Source of the DNA: Methanobacteriota archaeon
GTDB lineage: Archaea > Thermoplasmatota > Thermoplasmata > RBG-16-68-12 > SOIM01
NCBI GenBank assembly: GCA_020345725.1
Contig: CP070767.1
Coordinates: 179,215 to 231,802, forward strand
Reading direction: 5' to 3'
Length of the DNA: 52,588 bases
Positions within the stretch are counted from its first letter, which is position 1. Every line of letters begins with the position of its first letter. This document shows, piece by piece, positions 49,067 through 52,588 of this stretch. The translations under genes and the position numbers were made by a program. The notes beneath the pieces are model-generated. The model saw nothing but the letters and a program-made list of their open reading frames with translations. It was not told the DNA's origin and made no database searches.

Positions 49067-49945
49067 TTACAAATTCTCGATTCTTATGACGCACTTGTCG
49101 TCCCCTTTTCCTATAGTCCTCTCCAAATTCACCATCGCGCAACTCCTGCATCTGACGGCAATCCTTGAGATGATGGCTCTGGTCAACATGCAGAAGACTG
49201 GATTCCTCTTCGCTTCCTCCCCCCACGGACATACGGATGCTTCCATGACGACCCTACTCGATGAAGCTTTCACCGTTTTGAAATCCGCTCCGAGTTGATT
49301 GAACACAAGTTGCACCACCTCGGCGACCCTCTCCGAATCTACCTCCTCGGTCTTCGAAATGTACTTGTCGCAGTACAAGTTCTCGATGTTGTCGCACATC
49401 TCCTTCACAAATCTGGTTCTCATTCCTTGAGGAGCTGGGAAGAGGATGGTGGGCAGTATGTTGGTCAACAGCGAGCGCAGTTCGTTTTGTGATTCTTGTG
49501 CGGATCTCTCCTTCATCTTCTCGCTCAGTTTCTCTGCGTGCTCCTCCCTCTCCACGCGATAGTCAACTGCCTTTCGGACAGTATTGACCAAGTCATATCC
49601 ATCAAAGGGACTCTTAAGGTAGTCATAGGCTCCCTTTTTGATGGCTTGAGCGACCACATCCATTGTCCCGTCCTCAGCAAGAACGATGAAGGGCAGGTCT
49701 TCATGATGGGTAGTTACAAAATCCAAGAGATCGAGACTGTTCAGCTTGTCCGTCTTTGCGTCCGCGACTATCACTGCGACCTCGTTCGAAAGCAACAACA
49801 TCGCGGCCTCCTCACCATCGCTGACCCTGAGGATTCTGTAACCATCCCTTCCAAGATGTTGAGAAACATATTCGTACAGTTCATCGTCCTTGTGGACGAG
49901 GAGTATCTTCTTCTTTTCGGACTCCATGGACGACCCTTGCTGCAT
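49067..49945 (-). CDS. Response regulator: REC domain plus a C-terminal Cys-containing output domain (292 aa)
   Basis: REC hallmarks: HKDD acidic pocket, phospho-acceptor context VIVAD, and YLKSP. The C-terminus (CPWGEEAKRNPVFCMLTRAI...GDDKCVIRI) is reminiscent of V4R-type ligand-binding domains (tentative). Confidence 0.7.
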   Translation of the reverse strand: MQQGSSMESEKKKILLVHKDDELYEYVSQHLGRDGYRILRVSDGEEAAMLLLSNEVAVIVADAKTDKLNSLDLLDFVTTHHEDLPFIVLAEDGTMDVVAQAIKKGAYDYLKSPFDGYDLVNTVRKAVDYRVEREEHAEKLSEKMKERSAQESQNELRSLLTNILPTILFPAPQGMRTRFVKEMCDNIENLYCDKYISKTEEVDSERVAEVVQLVFNQLGADFKTVKASSSRVVMEASVCPWGEEAKRNPVFCMLTRAIISRIAVRCRSCAMVNLERTIGKGDDKCVIRIENL

Positions 49946-49956
49946 TGAAGAAGTCC

Positions 49957-50667
49957 CTATTCATCGAAGGAGGTCTTCAGTATCTTTATTCCCCCACCAG
50001 AAATCTCGAATGGGAGATAGTCGAGAGGTACATCCGTGCTCCTCATCTTCCTTATGTCGATCAACCTCTCTCTTCTATTGGTGTAGGGATTCTCCCTTCT
50101 GAAAAGCCAGATCGCTCCGTACGTTGAATACATCGCCACGTTGTTGTACTGTTCTCCAACTGCGTCATCGCATATGACGAGGGATGTACACCCCTTTTTG
50201 GAGAGCATGAAGACTAGCAGGTCCAGCTGTTCTCGGAATCTCTCGATGGGCATGCCCAACGCATATACTCCTACGTTATCAACAACGACATGTGTAACAT
50301 TCTCCGGGATCCAATTGGCGATGTCCTTGAGATGGATTTCCATGCCCTTCTCCGATGGGTCGGAAAATCTTGCTTCGATCATTCTCCTCTCAAGCACCTC
50401 GTGGATTTTAAGAAGTCCCTCATCCTCATATTTCTGCAAGTCCCAGCCAAAGCCAAGAGCTTGAGATCTCAGATCCTCAGGGCGTTCCTCGGTTGCAACG
50501 TAAGCGCATCTATCTCCCTTTTCGCAGTGTTCAACAATGTAGTGAAGTCCCAGAACGGTCTTCCCGACGCCTGCGTCCCCGGTCACGAGAATGGTCTTTC
50601 CTTCGGGATAGCCCTCTATGATAGTGTCGAGCTCTTTCAACCCAGTGCTTACTCTACCTATCGCCAT
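49957..50667 (-). CDS. Single-domain KaiC/RecA-superfamily ATPase (236 aa)
   Basis: STGLKELDTIIEGYPEGKTILVTGDAGVGKT (Walker A), VVVDNV (Walker B-like) and a C-terminal FEISGGGIKI, typical of archaeal KaiC-like proteins. Confidence 0.8.
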   Translation of the reverse strand: MAIGRVSTGLKELDTIIEGYPEGKTILVTGDAGVGKTVLGLHYIVEHCEKGDRCAYVATEERPEDLRSQALGFGWDLQKYEDEGLLKIHEVLERRMIEARFSDPSEKGMEIHLKDIANWIPENVTHVVVDNVGVYALGMPIERFREQLDLLVFMLSKKGCTSLVICDDAVGEQYNNVAMYSTYGAIWLFRRENPYTNRRERLIDIRKMRSTDVPLDYLPFEISGGGIKILKTSFDE

Positions 50668-50762
50668 TTTCTCACTGTGAATGCAAAAATGGTAGGACTT
50701 AAAGAGTTTGTGCGGTCTTTATCGCATTTGATAATAGGCCAGACGATATGTTCGATCGCTTT

Positions 50763-51530
50763 CTAGTCAGTGGCCAGGTCTTCCCCAGCTTCGAATGCCG
50801 TTTGAATCTCGTTGTAGAGGTCCTCGAATCCCTGAAGGTTGAGGGACGAAATGGGAAGCAGAGGACGGAATGCTCCAACACTCTCAAGGGCCTTGAAGAA
50901 CTCGGAACTTGCAAGGATTGCTGGGCTACCAGTTTCCTCCTCCAGTGAAGTGTTCAATGCGTCCGGACTCTTTGACCATTCCAGGATTCTTTCAAGCTTC
51001 TCTTCGGAGAGAAGATCTGCCTTGGAGAGGATGGTGGCCAAAGGAATGGAAAACCTAAATTGGGTCGTAGCGGAAAGCATGATTGATGACACGTAACCAG
51101 AAGGTGTGCCTGCAAGTATGGGATCAACAAGAAAGACGATCATCGCATCATCTCTTCCGAACTCCTCCACAATCACTCTGCTGGATTCCCTGAAAGTGAA
51201 GAGCTCCATCTGTCCTGGAGTGTCAACGAGAATGTAATTCGTGTCAAAGCCCTTGATTGTCTCGGAAACCTCTGTTGCATTCAGGGCGAGCATGTCAGCG
51301 CAGTAGATCTGTGCGGCATTGGGTCCAAGGTCGGTGTCTTTCATTGCCTCTTTGAGCGTGATCCAATCCTGAATGTCCACGTTTGGGTTGTAGACAAGAT
51401 TCTCCGCTCCCGGATCGAGGTTTACTGTGATTGCATCATAGCCCTGTGTATTCATCCAGACCTGGAAGGCGTGCACAGCGATGCTCTTTCCGCTGCCGGC
51501 TGTGCCGATGAAGTAGATTATCTTAGACAT
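50763..51530 (-). CDS. GPN-loop GTPase (255 aa)
   Basis: GTAGSGKS P-loop, VNLDPGAE, the GPN motif (DLGPNAA) and DTPGQMELF. The family is restricted to archaea and eukaryotes. Confidence 0.85.
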   Translation of the reverse strand: MSKIIYFIGTAGSGKSIAVHAFQVWMNTQGYDAITVNLDPGAENLVYNPNVDIQDWITLKEAMKDTDLGPNAAQIYCADMLALNATEVSETIKGFDTNYILVDTPGQMELFTFRESSRVIVEEFGRDDAMIVFLVDPILAGTPSGYVSSIMLSATTQFRFSIPLATILSKADLLSEEKLERILEWSKSPDALNTSLEEETGSPAILASSEFFKALESVGAFRPLLPISSLNLQGFEDLYNEIQTAFEAGEDLATD

Positions 51531-51616
51531 AGGATCACTCGGAACATATACTAGAGACTTCTAGACAGAATAAGGATTACTCACTTTAAATTGTGTATGT
51601 CCCTGAGAATGCGGGC

Positions 51617-52588
51617 CTACTTGGTGTAGTCGTGGCTATACCAGAAAGCGACTCCGTTTTGAATATCCATTTTGTGCCAGTCGTTGAAAGACCCATGCAG
51701 TCCATCGGAGTAACTCTGGTAGTTGTATATAGCGGATGCATTGTATGACATGCAGCTCCAGTATCCATAAGGTGCATTTTCATGCGTGGCAGGCGTCCAC
51801 CCAAGGTTGAGGTTGTGTCCTAGTTCGTGGCAGAATGCATAGGCAAGTGCATTGCTTGTTCTTCTTCCATTCAATCCGAATTCGAGAATCCTTCCGTGTG
51901 AGATGAAGAAATCATCAGCAGTGAAGAACTGCTCAGCTCTGCCAATCGAAGTAGCGTTCTCGGAGTAATTGTGTCCGATTATGGCATAGCGGAACGAACC
52001 CTTCCTGTTTGTAGAGAAATGCCTGGGTTCCCTCACTCCGTCGCCATCATAGTCAGCCCGGACTTCTCCGTTCTTGAAATTGTAGAAGTCAAAGGTCGTG
52101 TCGTTTGCGTAGGTGAACCGAAGCAATGACTTATGCTTTAGCCACTCTCCTCCACCTCTGGCATCACTGCCGGCTATGCCTGCTGGCCAGCCCAGGTCAA
52201 CATGCAACCTTATTCCCCGCGTGAGGAAAATGCCTTTTAGGAGTCTCAATTGTCCCGGATTGATTCTGTGATTCTGGTCGTTTTGGGTTTTATTCCCCTT
52301 TGACTTCTTGACCTTCTCCTTCTTCATGAAGTCAACTTCAACGTAGATGTCCTTGCAGAAACAATTCTGTCTCTCCGCCGGATTGCTGAAGAGCGTGTCT
52401 ACCGCACCACTGTTGGTGTTGCCCACCGGGCCCAAGGGTTGACCAATCTCACCATATGGCTCATTGGTATCGATGTTGGAATCATTGTCGTAGTTGCCCC
52501 AACCATCCCAAATACCGTCACGATCTGTATCATAATACTGCGGGTTTGTGCCAATCATCTTCTCGTAGTCGTCATGAAGCCCGTCCTT
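51617..52588 (-). CDS. Zinc metalloprotease (HEXXH, metzincin-like) with an N-terminal Asp-rich calcium-binding-type repeat region; 5' end runs off the window
   Basis: HELGHNLNLGW...H...CMSY. DTDRDGIWDGWGNYDNDSNIDTNE resembles thrombospondin-type-3 / Asp-box repeats. The frame stays open to position 52588. Confidence 0.65.
   Translation of the reverse strand, partial: KDGLHDDYEKMIGTNPQYYDTDRDGIWDGWGNYDNDSNIDTNEPYGEIGQPLGPVGNTNSGAVDTLFSNPAERQNCFCKDIYVEVDFMKKEKVKKSKGNKTQNDQNHRINPGQLRLLKGIFLTRGIRLHVDLGWPAGIAGSDARGGGEWLKHKSLLRFTYANDTTFDFYNFKNGEVRADYDGDGVREPRHFSTNRKGSFRYAIIGHNYSENATSIGRAEQFFTADDFFISHGRILEFGLNGRRTSNALAYAFCHELGHNLNLGWTPATHENAPYGYWSCMSYNASAIYNYQSYSDGLHGSFNDWHKMDIQNGVAFWYSHDYTK

Noticed and set aside
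1-52588. tRNA, rRNA, CRISPR arrays, transposases/integrases and IS inverted repeats.
   Set aside because: All non-coding spacers are short (the longest are 393 and 303 nt). None shows cloverleaf-like tRNA segments, rRNA-like sequence, short direct-repeat arrays or recombinase genes on visual inspection. A covariance-model scan would be needed for certainty.

Overview
An almost fully coding 52.6 kb chromosomal window that looks archaeal. Evidence for that: BRE/TATA-like promoter boxes, a GPN-loop GTPase, Mvh/Hdr genes, a CDP-alcohol transferase plus PS-decarboxylase lipid pair, and standard stop codon usage. No rRNA, tRNA, CRISPR array or mobile element was seen by eye. Gene order: (1) leuC-leuD-leuB-like (11-2880, +). 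(2) A divergent pair of operons: hydrogenase endopeptidase, 67-aa ORF, hdrC, hdrB (5223-2897, -) and mvhG-mvhA (5441-7812, +). (3) A 16.8 kb co-directional minus-strand array (24664-7855) of four paralogous modules. Each module has a roughly 1000-aa double-length HdrA (one copy split into 435 + 653 aa) followed by an MvhD-domain protein. The MvhD proteins comprise two wHTH fusions, one MvhD-HdrC-HdrB triple fusion and one copy broken by an in-frame TAA. An internally duplicated, very basic Cys-rich 147-aa protein is embedded in the array. (4) A free-standing 30-aa Cys-rich mini-gene with its own BRE/TATA, SD and T-tract terminator (24915-25007). (5) A translationally coupled operon of radical SAM/SPASM, an unknown 284-aa protein and a NadA-like protein (28013-25058, -). 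(6) Two giant membrane-anchored surface proteins sharing a roughly 97-aa Ig-like repeat (28673-35489, -). (7) A radical-SAM-like / AIR-synthase-related / GNAT operon plus a nearby GT-B glycosyltransferase, resembling a nitrilase-less Nit1C-type cluster (35698-39990). (8) HdrD/GlcF-like plus a fused GlcE-GlcD-like flavoenzyme, then trxB, a small SUOX-fold Mo enzyme, mobB, pssA/psd, an ACD-beta-like ATP-grasp protein, a REC regulator, a KaiC-like ATPase, a GPN GTPase and a partial metalloprotease. The strongest candidates for undescribed biology are the multi-module long-HdrA/MvhD array with its Cys-rich accessory protein, and the rSAM-SPASM/unknown/NadA-like operon with the adjacent Cys-rich mini-peptide. 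All family calls come from motif recognition by eye; no database search was possible.
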